Source of the DNA: Candidatus Methylomirabilota bacterium
GTDB lineage: Bacteria > Methylomirabilota > Methylomirabilia > Methylomirabilales > 2-02-FULL-66-22
Assembly: GCA_026387775.1 (NCBI GenBank)
Contig: JAPLLC010000220.1
Location: 1,203 to 65,202, forward strand
Reading direction: 5' to 3'
DNA length: 64,000 bases
The notes beneath the pieces were generated by a model. It saw only the letters and a program-made list of their open reading frames with translations, did no database searches and was not told the DNA's origin. Each line of letters opens with the position of its first letter. Within the stretch, counting starts at the first letter, position 1. Both the position numbers and the translations under genes were made by a program. Shown here piece after piece: positions 32,485 to 41,768 of this stretch.

Positions 32485-33948
32485 TCAGAACGAGTGCCCG
32501 ATCTCCATGTAGAACCCGGTGCCCTCGCGGCTGAATCCCAGGTCGAAACTGATGATGGTCGCGAGGTTCCAGGCGAGACGAAACGCCAGCCCGCCGGTGG
32601 CTTGCCAATCCTTCAGGCTGAACTGCTCCGTCCTGTCGAACACCCGCCCCACATCCACGAACGGGACGAGCATGGGTCGCAGGTTCTGGCCCCAGATCGT
32701 GAAATCCGCCATGGTCCACCGCAGCTCCAGATTCCCCTGGATCTGCACCGGGCCCACGAACCGGTTGGCATGGAACCCCCGCAGAGTCTGCCAGCCGCCG
32801 AGACCCTCTTTTCTGTAGTTACCCGGCGCGGCCATGCTGGGATACGCGTAGAACGGCACCGTGCCGAAATGATTCGAATAGACGGCGTTGGCGGCCAGGA
32901 CCAGATGAGTCAAGTCGGGGAGGAGGCGGTAGTAGCCCTGCCCCGTGACATTCACATGCCCGTAGTTGGAGCTCGCGCCGAACCATTGCATCGCGCCTTC
33001 GGCAAGAACCTGTCCCAGGACACCCGAGGTGGGATCGGGCTCGTAGTCCCGGGTGTCGTACGTCAGCCCCATGCGAATCAGGTTTGCCCAGCCGCCGCCA
33101 AACCCGTTGATCAGGCCGTTTCGGTAGTCGGCATGGAGCTTCGTCTCCTGGTTGGTGGCCCCGTGGTACCCGCCACCGGAGTAGTCGCGCGCATTGATAT
33201 AGGAAACCTGGACGCCCAGCAGCGGTCGCAGCAGCCCCCCCAGGAAATCCCGCTCCACGTCGGCCGTGAACAGGGTCTGCTGCCGATCGTAGTAGTTGTA
33301 GTCCGCGTAGGTGATGCCGGCGGGGTTGGCGCGCAACGCATCGAAGTAGTCATTGGCTTTCGAGAAGGTCGCGCCCGGCGCTCCGGGAAAGCTCAGCTTC
33401 GCGAGCGTCGAGGTGCCGATCCCAAAATAGTTCTCGTACTTGTATCGCATGTACCCCCCGAAGCCGTGGATCCGCCACGGGGAGTCCGCCACGTACGGCT
33501 GATCGTATTCCAGATAGTATTCCTGCGTGCCTCTGGTTGTGATATCGGCCGTGGCCGACACGCGTTTGCGATACGGGGCGTAAAAGAAGAACGGGCTGTC
33601 CTTCGAGCCGTTATCGTACCACTGGACCTGCGCCCCGAAGGCCACGCCGTTGTCCGGATCCGAGCCGATGATGGGAATTCCCGTGAAGTACGTCCCCTCC
33701 CGCTTGTCTTTCAGGGTGAACTCGGGGAGGAGGGGCTTGTTGCGCGCGAAATCCGGGGGGGGGAGGATGCTCGCGGGTGCCGGAGCTTGCGATGAAGCGG
33801 CCGGCGCCGGATCTTCCGCCAGGGCCGCCGGGGGGGCGCCGAACAACCACAGCAGGCCGATCAGCATCCCGGCGAGGGGCCGGATGCGCCCGGCGGGTTG
33901 CGGCTTCTTTCCTGCTCTCAAGCGGCTCATCAATCGTCTCCTCCCCAC
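32485..33948 (-). CDS. Omp85-superfamily outer-membrane beta-barrel without recognisable POTRA domains
   Basis: It has a signal peptide and alternating beta-strand pattern. The loop-6-like motif is GGWQTLRGFHANRF. The C-terminal beta-signal ends in ...GFYMEIGHSF. Confidence 0.65.
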   Translation of the reverse strand: MGRRRLMSRLRAGKKPQPAGRIRPLAGMLIGLLWLFGAPPAALAEDPAPAASSQAPAPASILPPPDFARNKPLLPEFTLKDKREGTYFTGIPIIGSDPDNGVAFGAQVQWYDNGSKDSPFFFYAPYRKRVSATADITTRGTQEYYLEYDQPYVADSPWRIHGFGGYMRYKYENYFGIGTSTLAKLSFPGAPGATFSKANDYFDALRANPAGITYADYNYYDRQQTLFTADVERDFLGGLLRPLLGVQVSYINARDYSGGGYHGATNQETKLHADYRNGLINGFGGGWANLIRMGLTYDTRDYEPDPTSGVLGQVLAEGAMQWFGASSNYGHVNVTGQGYYRLLPDLTHLVLAANAVYSNHFGTVPFYAYPSMAAPGNYRKEGLGGWQTLRGFHANRFVGPVQIQGNLELRWTMADFTIWGQNLRPMLVPFVDVGRVFDRTEQFSLKDWQATGGLAFRLAWNLATIISFDLGFSREGTGFYMEIGHSF

Positions 33949-34091
33949 CTGGGTCCCCTCGCGCGAGGTCGCGGCGGTTCGTCGTCCGCGAGATTTGCGC
34001 AGAATCGTCCGATCCGGGAGCCGTTGTCAAGCAAGAATCGCGCAGCGTCCGGGCGAGAGAATCACTCCGCGGGGCGAAAGGTCGCCGCGCC

Positions 34092-35048
34092 TCACGCGTC
34101 TCGCCGGATGCGGCGAAGCTCGACGGCTTGCCAGACCAGGAGCCCCGGACCGTAGAGGACCAGGTCCCGCACGCGGCGCGAGAGGGCCAGGGCCAGGGCC
34201 ACCTCCGGCCCCATCCCGACCAGCGCCCCCAGCCCCACGAAGCCGGCTTCCTGCACGCCCAGGGCGCCGGGGATCAGAAACGCCGCGGTGCTGATGGCCT
34301 GGCTCAGCGACTCCAGCGCCACGGCATCGACCGGCCCCATCGGATACCCAAGATAGAATGCGGCGAGCCAGATCTCCCCCGCGCCCGCCACCCACCCGGC
34401 CAGCTGCCATCCGCAGCACGCGAAAACGGCGCGGCGCCGGCGGTAGAGGCGGCGGACGGTCCTGTCGAGGCTGAGGGAGTCGTCGGCTAGGGCCGCAAAG
34501 CGACCGCGCAGGATCCGGGCTCCCAGCCCGGCGACGCCGGCGCGCTGCACGGCGAGGAGGGCGAGCAGGACGGCGGCGGTCGCCGGCACCAGGAGAGCCA
34601 GACGCAGGACGGCGGCATGGTCGGTTGTGCGAAACAGCAGGAGCAGGAGGCCGAGCAGCGTGAAGACGACCTGCGTCACCAGGGTCAGCGTCAGTCGGAC
34701 GACCAGGCTTGCGATCGACAGCCCCGCACGGACGCCGCCTTTCACCATGAGCCGGGCGGCCACGGCCTCGCCTCCCAGGCGCGCAACCGGCAAGAGGCCG
34801 TTGACCGACTCGCGGACCCAGAATATCCACGCGAACCATCCAAGCGGGCGCCGCCTCGCTCCCGGCAGCAGGAGCTGCCAGGCGCGCGTATTGAGCGCCA
34901 TCGGCACGACGTGGAACAGGCTGATCCAGAGCAACCCTATCCCCGTGCCCGCCAACCGCGAGAGCACGCCGCTCCAGCCCTGCCACAGGACGAGGCAGGT
35001 CGCCAGGCCGAGGCCCAGCAGCCCGAGGACGGTCGGCAGACGCCTCAC
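34092..35048 (-). CDS. hpnL: HpnL-type membrane protein (LPG-synthase-TM / UPF0104 family)
   Basis: This 318-aa polytopic protein occupies the last position of an hpnI-J-K-L string. Its GTG start overlaps the hpnK stop (GTGA). Confidence 0.65.
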   Translation of the reverse strand: MRRLPTVLGLLGLGLATCLVLWQGWSGVLSRLAGTGIGLLWISLFHVVPMALNTRAWQLLLPGARRRPLGWFAWIFWVRESVNGLLPVARLGGEAVAARLMVKGGVRAGLSIASLVVRLTLTLVTQVVFTLLGLLLLLFRTTDHAAVLRLALLVPATAAVLLALLAVQRAGVAGLGARILRGRFAALADDSLSLDRTVRRLYRRRRAVFACCGWQLAGWVAGAGEIWLAAFYLGYPMGPVDAVALESLSQAISTAAFLIPGALGVQEAGFVGLGALVGMGPEVALALALSRRVRDLVLYGPGLLVWQAVELRRIRRDA

Positions 35049-35896
35049 GGACGCGCAGCGGCGAGATCGCCGAAGCCGACGAGGCGGATCTCGTGCTCGG
35101 CGAGACGGCGGGAGACGGCGGGGCTCGTGAGGGCGCGCAGCTCCTCCGTCGGCCGAAATCCGGGGGGGGTGGCGTCGTTGGCCGCGGTGGCCGGGTGGCA
35201 GAAGATCTCACTGAGGCCTTCCGGCAGGTGGGGAATCAGCCGGAGCACGCGCTCCTCGGTGACGGAACCGGTCCAGGCCAGGCCGAAGACGTGATCGTTG
35301 CAGGCGAGGCCCGCGCGGCGGAGGCGCGCCCGCAGCAGCGAGGCCCACCATCCGACGAACCGGTGGCCCAACAGACTCCGAGGCGGGTCGCCCGCGCGGG
35401 CGAGGATTCCCGCGGGCTCGGCCGGCACCCGCACGGCCTTCAGCCCGAAGTCCCGGCCGACTCGCACGATCAACTCCGCGACGGTCGGATGGAGGTGCAT
35501 GTGGTGGTGGGCATTGACGTGGTCGAGGGTGAGCCCCGTGGCACGAAAGGATTCGAACTGGGCTCGGATCTCGAGGGCCAGCTCCCGGCGGACCGCCGGC
35601 AGGAAGAAGAAGCGCACACCGGCGGCGGGGAGATCGGTCGGGAGGCGGCCCCCCGGATCCAGCAGGCCGGGCACCTCCCGCGGAGACAGGCTGGGGTGGG
35701 CGTCCACCACGGCGAGGTGGAGTCCCACGTGCAGATTCGGCAAGCGTCGCGCCCGCTCCACGGCGTCCCGCGCCGCGGGCGCGCCCACCATGAGGCTGGC
35801 CGAGGTGAGGATGCCCTGGCGGTGTCCCATCTCCACCGCCTGGTTCACCTCGGGCGAGGACCCGAAGTCGTCGGCGGTGACGATCAGCCGCCTCAC
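35045..35896 (-). CDS. hpnK: YdjC/ChbG-like deacetylase HpnK
   Basis: VRRLIVTADDFGSSPEVNQAVEMGHRQGILTSASLMV is typical of the YdjC family. The GTG start overlaps the hpnJ stop. The 764-aa ORF in the track is an artefactual extension through hpnJ. Confidence 0.8.
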   Translation of the reverse strand: MRRLIVTADDFGSSPEVNQAVEMGHRQGILTSASLMVGAPAARDAVERARRLPNLHVGLHLAVVDAHPSLSPREVPGLLDPGGRLPTDLPAAGVRFFFLPAVRRELALEIRAQFESFRATGLTLDHVNAHHHMHLHPTVAELIVRVGRDFGLKAVRVPAEPAGILARAGDPPRSLLGHRFVGWWASLLRARLRRAGLACNDHVFGLAWTGSVTEERVLRLIPHLPEGLSEIFCHPATAANDATPPGFRPTEELRALTSPAVSRRLAEHEIRLVGFGDLAAARP

Positions 35897-37320
35897 ACGG
35901 GCATCTCCCGCCGGTACAGGAACTGGAAGAACTCCACCCCCTCGCGTAGCCGCCGGCGCATCATCTCGGGGCTCTTCAGCATCTCCCCCACCAGCGAGGC
36001 GATCTTGCCGGGGCGGAAGTAGAAGCGCTTGTAGAACGTCTCCAGGGCCTGGAAGATCTCCCGGTGCGAGAGGTGCGGATAGTGGAGCGGCGCGAGCTGC
36101 AGCCCGTGCTCGTCCACCAGCTCGGCGTTCTTCTCGTCGAACCAGCCGTTCTCCTTCGCCTGCCGATACAGCTCGGTCCCCGGGTAGGGGGCGGCCAGGG
36201 AGACCTGGATGGTGTGCGGGTCGATCTCGGTGGCGAAGCGGATCGTCTCCTCCAGCGTCTCCTTCGTCTCGCCGGGCAGACCGACGATGAAGGTCCCGTG
36301 GATGGTGACGCCGACGTCGTGACAGTCCTTCGTGAAGCGGCGCGCGGTGTCGACCCGCATCCCCTTCTTGATGTTGTTGAGGATCTGCTGGTTGCCGGTC
36401 TCGTACCCCACCAGGAGCAGCCGCAGGCCGTTGTCCTTCAGCACCTCCAGTGTGCGCCGGGGGACGTTCGCCTTGGCGTTGCAGGACCAGGTCACCCCGA
36501 GCTTGCCCAGCCCCCGGGCGATCTCCTCGGTGCGAGGCAGGTCGTCGGTGAAGGTGTCGTCGTCGAAGAAGTACTCTTTCGCCTGCGGGAAGTACTGCTT
36601 CGCGAGGGCGATCTCCTCGATCACGCTGGCGGCGCTCCGCGTCCGGTAGCGGTGGCCGCCCACGGTCTGCGGCCAGAGGCAGAAGGTGCACTTGGACCGG
36701 CAGCCGCGCCCCGTGTAGAGCGAGACGTACGGATGCTTGAGGTAACCGATGAAGTAGTCCTCGATCCGAAGATCGCGCTTGTACACCTCGACCACGAAGG
36801 GCAGCGCGTCCATGTTCTCGATCAGCGGGCGCGGGGAGTTCACGGTGATCGCCCCGGAGGGACCCCGGAAGCCGAGGCCCAGGATCGTCTCGAGCGGCCG
36901 CCCCTCGGCGACTTCCTTGATCGTGTAGTCGAACTCGGCGCCGCAGACAAAATCCAGGGCCGCCGACGCCCGCAGGCTTCCTTCCGGATCCAGCGCCACC
37001 TTGGCCCCCACGAAGCCGATCTTGAGACCGGAGTTCGCCTCCTTGAAGGCCTGCGCCACCTTGACGTCCGAGGCGAACGACGGGGACGAGGTGTGCATCA
37101 CGAGCAGCTCGTAGTCGCCCGCCAGCGGCAGGACATCGGCCATCGTGAGCCGGGCCGGGGGCGCGTCGATCAGCCGGCTTCCCGGGACCAGCGCGGCCGG
37201 CTGGGCGAGCCACGTCGGATACCAGAAAGAGCGGATCTCGCGGCGGGCCTGGTAGCGCGAGCCGGCGCCCCCGTCGAAGCCCTCGAAGGAGGGCGGGTGC
37301 AGGAAGAGCGTCTTCATCAT
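35893..37320 (-). CDS. hpnJ: B12-binding radical SAM protein HpnJ
   Basis: The N-terminal cobalamin-binding-like domain is followed by the radical SAM cluster motif GRGCRSKCTFCLWP. The 475-aa length is typical of HpnJ. The ATG overlaps the hpnI stop (ATGA). Confidence 0.85.
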   Translation of the reverse strand: MMKTLFLHPPSFEGFDGGAGSRYQARREIRSFWYPTWLAQPAALVPGSRLIDAPPARLTMADVLPLAGDYELLVMHTSSPSFASDVKVAQAFKEANSGLKIGFVGAKVALDPEGSLRASAALDFVCGAEFDYTIKEVAEGRPLETILGLGFRGPSGAITVNSPRPLIENMDALPFVVEVYKRDLRIEDYFIGYLKHPYVSLYTGRGCRSKCTFCLWPQTVGGHRYRTRSAASVIEEIALAKQYFPQAKEYFFDDDTFTDDLPRTEEIARGLGKLGVTWSCNAKANVPRRTLEVLKDNGLRLLLVGYETGNQQILNNIKKGMRVDTARRFTKDCHDVGVTIHGTFIVGLPGETKETLEETIRFATEIDPHTIQVSLAAPYPGTELYRQAKENGWFDEKNAELVDEHGLQLAPLHYPHLSHREIFQALETFYKRFYFRPGKIASLVGEMLKSPEMMRRRLREGVEFFQFLYRREMPV

Positions 37321-38477
37321 CGACGCGCATCTCCATCATGGGCGAGCGCCCCGTCGGGCCGGAGGGTGAAGCGGTGGCGGCGCCACGCCACTTCTCTCCC
37401 CAGGAAGCTCGCCACGAACAGGCCGAAAGATACCAGGTCGCGCACGACCACCCACCACGAGGCCGAGCGCGCCAGGGAGAAGGCGCGGTCCGCCTGGTCC
37501 ACCAGCAAGAGTCGACCGATCAGGGTCAGGGCCAGCGCCCCCCAGGCCACCCAGGACCAGCCGGCGAGCGGCAGGGCCAGGACGACCAGAACCAGGGGGT
37601 ACGTGATCACGAGCCCCACGTACCCGAGCGGCTCGACCGCCCGAACGGTGCGCAGCCAGCGCAGCTCGTGATTGACGAGCGCCCGCGGCCCCGGCTCGGC
37701 CACGACCATGTCCACGGTCGAGGGGGACAGGACCACCCGCTTGCCGGTGCGCCGGACGGCTACGCCCAGGGCGTAATCGTCGGCCAGCAAGTTGGCAAAC
37801 GGCGCCAGACCGCCCACCGCGTCGAGCGTCTCCCGGGTGAGGGCCATCGTCGCGCCGAAGCAGCCCACGCGCGCGCCCACCCGCTCGGCGACCAGGACCG
37901 ACGGCAGGAAGCCGTGGTTGACGGACATCGCCCCCAGCCGGGACCAGACGTTGTCCTCGGGTCGCCCGACATAGAGACACGTCACCAGCCCCACCGCGGG
38001 ATCCTGTAGCGGTCCCACGACGGCGTCGAGATACCCCGGACCGACCCGGATGTCGCTGTCGGAGATCACCAAGACATCATGCCGGGCGGCCGCGAGCATG
38101 TTCAGCAGGTTGCCGACCTTGAAGTTGGTGCCGTGCACACGGCCGTCAACCACCAGCGCCAGGTCACAGTCGGGAAACTCCCGGATGAGGCGCCGGACGG
38201 TCGGGATCGCGGGATCGGAGGCCTCGCGGACGCCGAAGATCACTTGCAGGTCGCCGCGCCGCCCCTGCTCGCAAAAGGAGCGCAGGTTCTCGTAGAGCCC
38301 GGGCTCGTCGCCGCAGAGCGGCTTCAGGATGGTGACCGCGGGCCGGGCGGCAAAGCGACCATACGGTAGCCGGACGAACCGGCGCACCTCCCAGGTGGCC
38401 AACAGCATGTAGGCCGCCCCGCCGAATGTCACCAGGATCAGCGCGTCAGCCAAGAGATCGGACCAGTCCAATGACAT
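37317..38477 (-). CDS. hpnI: Family-2 glycosyltransferase HpnI
   Basis: An N-terminal TM is followed by VTILKPLCGDEPGLYENLRSFCEQ and ISDSDIRV (DxD). C-terminal TM segments are present. ATG 38477 follows GGGAAGGGGG. Confidence 0.8.
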   Translation of the reverse strand: MSLDWSDLLADALILVTFGGAAYMLLATWEVRRFVRLPYGRFAARPAVTILKPLCGDEPGLYENLRSFCEQGRRGDLQVIFGVREASDPAIPTVRRLIREFPDCDLALVVDGRVHGTNFKVGNLLNMLAAARHDVLVISDSDIRVGPGYLDAVVGPLQDPAVGLVTCLYVGRPEDNVWSRLGAMSVNHGFLPSVLVAERVGARVGCFGATMALTRETLDAVGGLAPFANLLADDYALGVAVRRTGKRVVLSPSTVDMVVAEPGPRALVNHELRWLRTVRAVEPLGYVGLVITYPLVLVVLALPLAGWSWVAWGALALTLIGRLLLVDQADRAFSLARSASWWVVVRDLVSFGLFVASFLGREVAWRRHRFTLRPDGALAHDGDARR

Positions 38478-38759
38478 TCCCCCTTCCCGTGACGATATCT
38501 CGAACGCCGCGGGAGCAATACGGGCCCTTCCGGCCGGCGAGAGCACATCCCCCCCGCTCGACGGCGCGAATCCGATGAGATTCGCGCGGAGGGAGGATGG
38601 TGTCAAGCGGAAAGCACGAGGCCACCCTCTGCCGTGCGACGGTGTGGCGTCGCGCAACCCACGCTGGCGGGCCGGATGGGTTGTACGCTGGAGTGCCCTA
38701 TCCGAGTCTCGGGAGACAGAGGCCGGAAGCCACTCGTCCCCGCAGAGACTAGCAGCCTA

Positions 38760-39551
38760 CTAGGCCCCCCCGTGGCTGGTCGGGCCGCCCCACGCCGGCC
38801 CCTGGATGAAGGCGCCGCCGTCCACCGTGAGAACCGAACCGCAGATATAGGCTGCATCGTCCGACGCCAGGAACGCCGCCGCACGCCCCAGGTCCTCGGG
38901 CAAGGCCAGGCGGCCCAGCGGGAGGTGCTCCCCCTCTTGGTACAAGGCCTTGTCCGTGTACCACGTCCGCTCGCCGGGCGTGTCGGTCCATCCCGGCTCG
39001 ATCAGATTCACGCGGATTCCGTGCCACATCAGCTCGTTGGCGGCGGACAGCGCCAGCATATGGCCTCCCGCCTTGGCGGTGTTGTAATCGATCGCCCCCT
39101 TGAAAGGCAGCCGGGCATGCGGAGAGGAGATGTAGATGATGGATCCCTTCGCCTTCCGCTCGACCATCTGCCGGGCGACGACCTGGAAGACGTGAAAGAT
39201 GCCGAAGATGCCGACCTCGATCGCTCGCAGGAGATCCGCCTCGCGGGTCTCCAGCAGCGTCTGGCGGACGCTGCTCACCGCATTCGCCACCAGGATGTCG
39301 ACCGGCCCCAGCGTGGCGGTGCAGCGGGCGACCATCTCCTCGACGGCGGCCCGGTCGCTCACGTCGGCCTGAACCGGGAGCGCTCGGCGTCCCATGGCCT
39401 GGATGGCGGCGACCACCTCGTCGGCGGCCGAACCCGAGCTCCGGTAGTTCACGCAAACGTCGGCGCCTGCCTTGGCCAGCTCCAGCGCCACGCCTCGGCC
39501 GATGCCACGCGCGGCGCCGGTCACCAGGGCCACCTTTCCGGAAAGTGTCAT
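38760..39551 (-). CDS. Short-chain dehydrogenase/reductase (FabG-like)
   Basis: Motifs are TGAARGIGRG, NAV and YNTAKAG (YxxxK). The length is 263 aa. Confidence 0.85.
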   Translation of the reverse strand: MTLSGKVALVTGAARGIGRGVALELAKAGADVCVNYRSSGSAADEVVAAIQAMGRRALPVQADVSDRAAVEEMVARCTATLGPVDILVANAVSSVRQTLLETREADLLRAIEVGIFGIFHVFQVVARQMVERKAKGSIIYISSPHARLPFKGAIDYNTAKAGGHMLALSAANELMWHGIRVNLIEPGWTDTPGERTWYTDKALYQEGEHLPLGRLALPEDLGRAAAFLASDDAAYICGSVLTVDGGAFIQGPAWGGPTSHGGA

Positions 39552-39590
39552 GACGCGAGTCTCCTCGGCGACAGGGGAAGAGGTGCGGAA

Positions 39591-41684
39591 TTAGCGGGTT
39601 GGGGCCCCCTCGCGCCGCAACCACACCGCCGTGTCATGGAACGCGCCGCCGCCAAACGGCGGGATCGGGTCGTCACCGACGAGCGCGTTGATGCCGAGGC
39701 CGCCCTCGAAGTCGCGGCTCGGCCAGATACCCTCGACGACGACCGTCCCGGGGAGGAGGCCGTCGAAGCGGCGGGCGTGGACGACTACGGCGCCGCGCTC
39801 GTTTCCGATCTCGACGCGATCCCCGTCGGCGAGACCCAGTCGGTCGGCATCCTCCGGATGGATCAGCGCGGTAGGCCGCTTCTCGCGGGCACGCGAGCCC
39901 GGCGTCTCGGTGAACGTGGTGTTGAGGAACCGTCGCGCCGGGGCGGTCACCAGACGGAAGGGTTTGTCTGTGGTCGTTGCCTCGATGATGGCCAACTGGT
40001 CGGGCAGGCGCGGCATGCGCTTCCAATCCGACCCCACCTTCGACCAGTCGGGCGCGAAGTGGAATTTCTTATCGGGCGTGCCGAAGCCGTCTAGGAAGTG
40101 CGCCTCCCGGAACGGCAGGGCGGCGTCCACCCAGCGCCGCTCCAGCACGGCTGCGGCGTTCGGCCAACCGGATGCCTGGAGCGTCCAGTTCGCCAGTTCC
40201 ATGGCGCTCATCTCGAAACCCGGGTGCTGCGCTCCCAGCCGGCGGGCCAGAGCCTGCAAGACCTCGTGGTTCGACCGGCACTCGCCGGGCGGCTCGATCA
40301 GCTTCGGCCCGATCTGGAGGTGGCTGTGCCCCCCGGCTTGGTAGAGGTCGTCGTGCTCCAGGAACATCGTCGCCGGCAGCACCAGGTCGGCGTACCGGGC
40401 CGTCTCGGTCAGGAACTGCTCGTGGACAACCGTAAACAGGTCCTCGCGGGCGAGGCCCCGGCGCACCAGGGTGGAGTCGGGGGCCACCACGGCCGGACTG
40501 GTGTTCTGGATGAGCATGGCGGCGACCGGCGGCCCGTCCTTGAGCGCCTCGGCGTCCCCCAGAAGCGCAGCGCCGATCCGGCACATGTCGATCTCGCGTG
40601 TGCTCCTGTCCAGGGCGTCCAGCCCCTCGATCATCGTCTTGTTCCAGTGGTAACCGGCCCGGTTGCTCCAGAAGGCCCCGCCCCCCTCGTGAGCCCAGGC
40701 GCCCGTGACCGCGGGGAGGCAGGTGACCGCGTGCATGGCGGCCGACCCGTTGCGCGAGCGGGTGAAGCCGTACCCCAGCCGGATGTACGCCCGCTCGGTG
40801 GTGTTATAGAGCCGGGCGAAGATCTCGATCGCCTCGACCGAGAGGCCGGTCACGGCGGCCGCCCAGGCCGGCCCGCGGTCCGCGAGGTGGGTCTCCAGGT
40901 CGGCCGGGAAATCGGTAGAGCGCCGGAGGTAGTCGCGGTCGGCGTGGCCGTCCCGGAAGGCGCAGTGCATCACCGCACACGCCAGAGCCGCGTCCGTGCC
41001 GGGGCGGAGGCAGAGGAAGAGGTCGGCGACCGCCGCCGTGCCGCTCTGATAACAGTCCACCACGACCAGCTTCGCGCCCCGGCCCCGGCGCGCCCGGGCG
41101 ATGTGGGTCATCACGTTGACCTGGGTCGCGACCGGATTGCCGCCCCAGACCACGATCAGGTCGGCCTGCGCCATCTCGCGCGGGTCGGGGCCGACGAACC
41201 GGCCCGTGCCGGCGATCCAGCCGGCCTCGGCGGAGGCGGTGCAGATCGTCTTCTTCTGGCGCGAGTATCGCATCACATGGCGCAGGCGATTGATCCCGTC
41301 GCGCATCACCAGCCCCATGGTCCCGGCGTAGTAGTAGGGCCACACGGCTTCGGGTCCAAACCGGGTTGCCGCGGCCAGGAATCGTTCGGCGATGCGGTCC
41401 AGGGCCTCGTCCCAGCCGATGGCGCGAAACGCCCCGGCGCCCTTCGGACCGACGCGCAGGAGCGGTCGGGTGAGCCGGTCCGGATGGTGGATGCGCTCGG
41501 CGTACCGGCCCACCTTCTCGCAGATCACGCCGGCCGTGTAGCTGTTCGCCTTGGCCCCGTGCACCCGGCCGATCCGGGCCCCGTCCAGCACCTCCACCTC
41601 CAGCGCGCAGGTCGAGGGACAGTCGTGTGGACAGACGGAGCCGCGGACCGCGCGAGCGGCGGGAGGCAAATCGTTGACAGGCAT
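39591..41684 (-). CDS. Molybdopterin (bis-MGD) oxidoreductase with N-terminal 4Fe-4S motif, cytoplasmic type
   Basis: CPHDCPSTCALEVEV (CxxxCxxxC...C) is followed by molybdopterin oxidoreductase and C-terminal MopB_CT-like barrel blocks (IHPEDADRLGLADGDRVEIGNERGAVVV). There is no TAT signal. The substrate is unknown. Confidence 0.8.
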   Translation of the reverse strand: MPVNDLPPAARAVRGSVCPHDCPSTCALEVEVLDGARIGRVHGAKANSYTAGVICEKVGRYAERIHHPDRLTRPLLRVGPKGAGAFRAIGWDEALDRIAERFLAAATRFGPEAVWPYYYAGTMGLVMRDGINRLRHVMRYSRQKKTICTASAEAGWIAGTGRFVGPDPREMAQADLIVVWGGNPVATQVNVMTHIARARRGRGAKLVVVDCYQSGTAAVADLFLCLRPGTDAALACAVMHCAFRDGHADRDYLRRSTDFPADLETHLADRGPAWAAAVTGLSVEAIEIFARLYNTTERAYIRLGYGFTRSRNGSAAMHAVTCLPAVTGAWAHEGGGAFWSNRAGYHWNKTMIEGLDALDRSTREIDMCRIGAALLGDAEALKDGPPVAAMLIQNTSPAVVAPDSTLVRRGLAREDLFTVVHEQFLTETARYADLVLPATMFLEHDDLYQAGGHSHLQIGPKLIEPPGECRSNHEVLQALARRLGAQHPGFEMSAMELANWTLQASGWPNAAAVLERRWVDAALPFREAHFLDGFGTPDKKFHFAPDWSKVGSDWKRMPRLPDQLAIIEATTTDKPFRLVTAPARRFLNTTFTETPGSRAREKRPTALIHPEDADRLGLADGDRVEIGNERGAVVVHARRFDGLLPGTVVVEGIWPSRDFEGGLGINALVGDDPIPPFGGGAFHDTAVWLRREGAPTR

Positions 41685-41768
41685 CGAATCCTCTTTCGCT
41701 CAACGCTCTTGATGTAGCGGGATGATTGCCCCTGCCCGGCTCCGCCCGGACGCCACGCGCCGACGGGC

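Noticed and set aside
35045-37339. 764-aa minus-strand ORF spanning hpnK and hpnJ
   Set aside because: The HpnJ motifs (CxxxCxxC and others) are in a different frame (35893..37320). Only the last 283 codons (HpnK) of this frame are meaningful.
39591-41684. Possible selenocysteine (in-frame TGA) in the molybdopterin oxidoreductase
   Set aside because: The gene is a single uninterrupted ORF with all expected N- and C-terminal blocks. No in-frame TGA or SECIS-like hairpin is needed to explain it.
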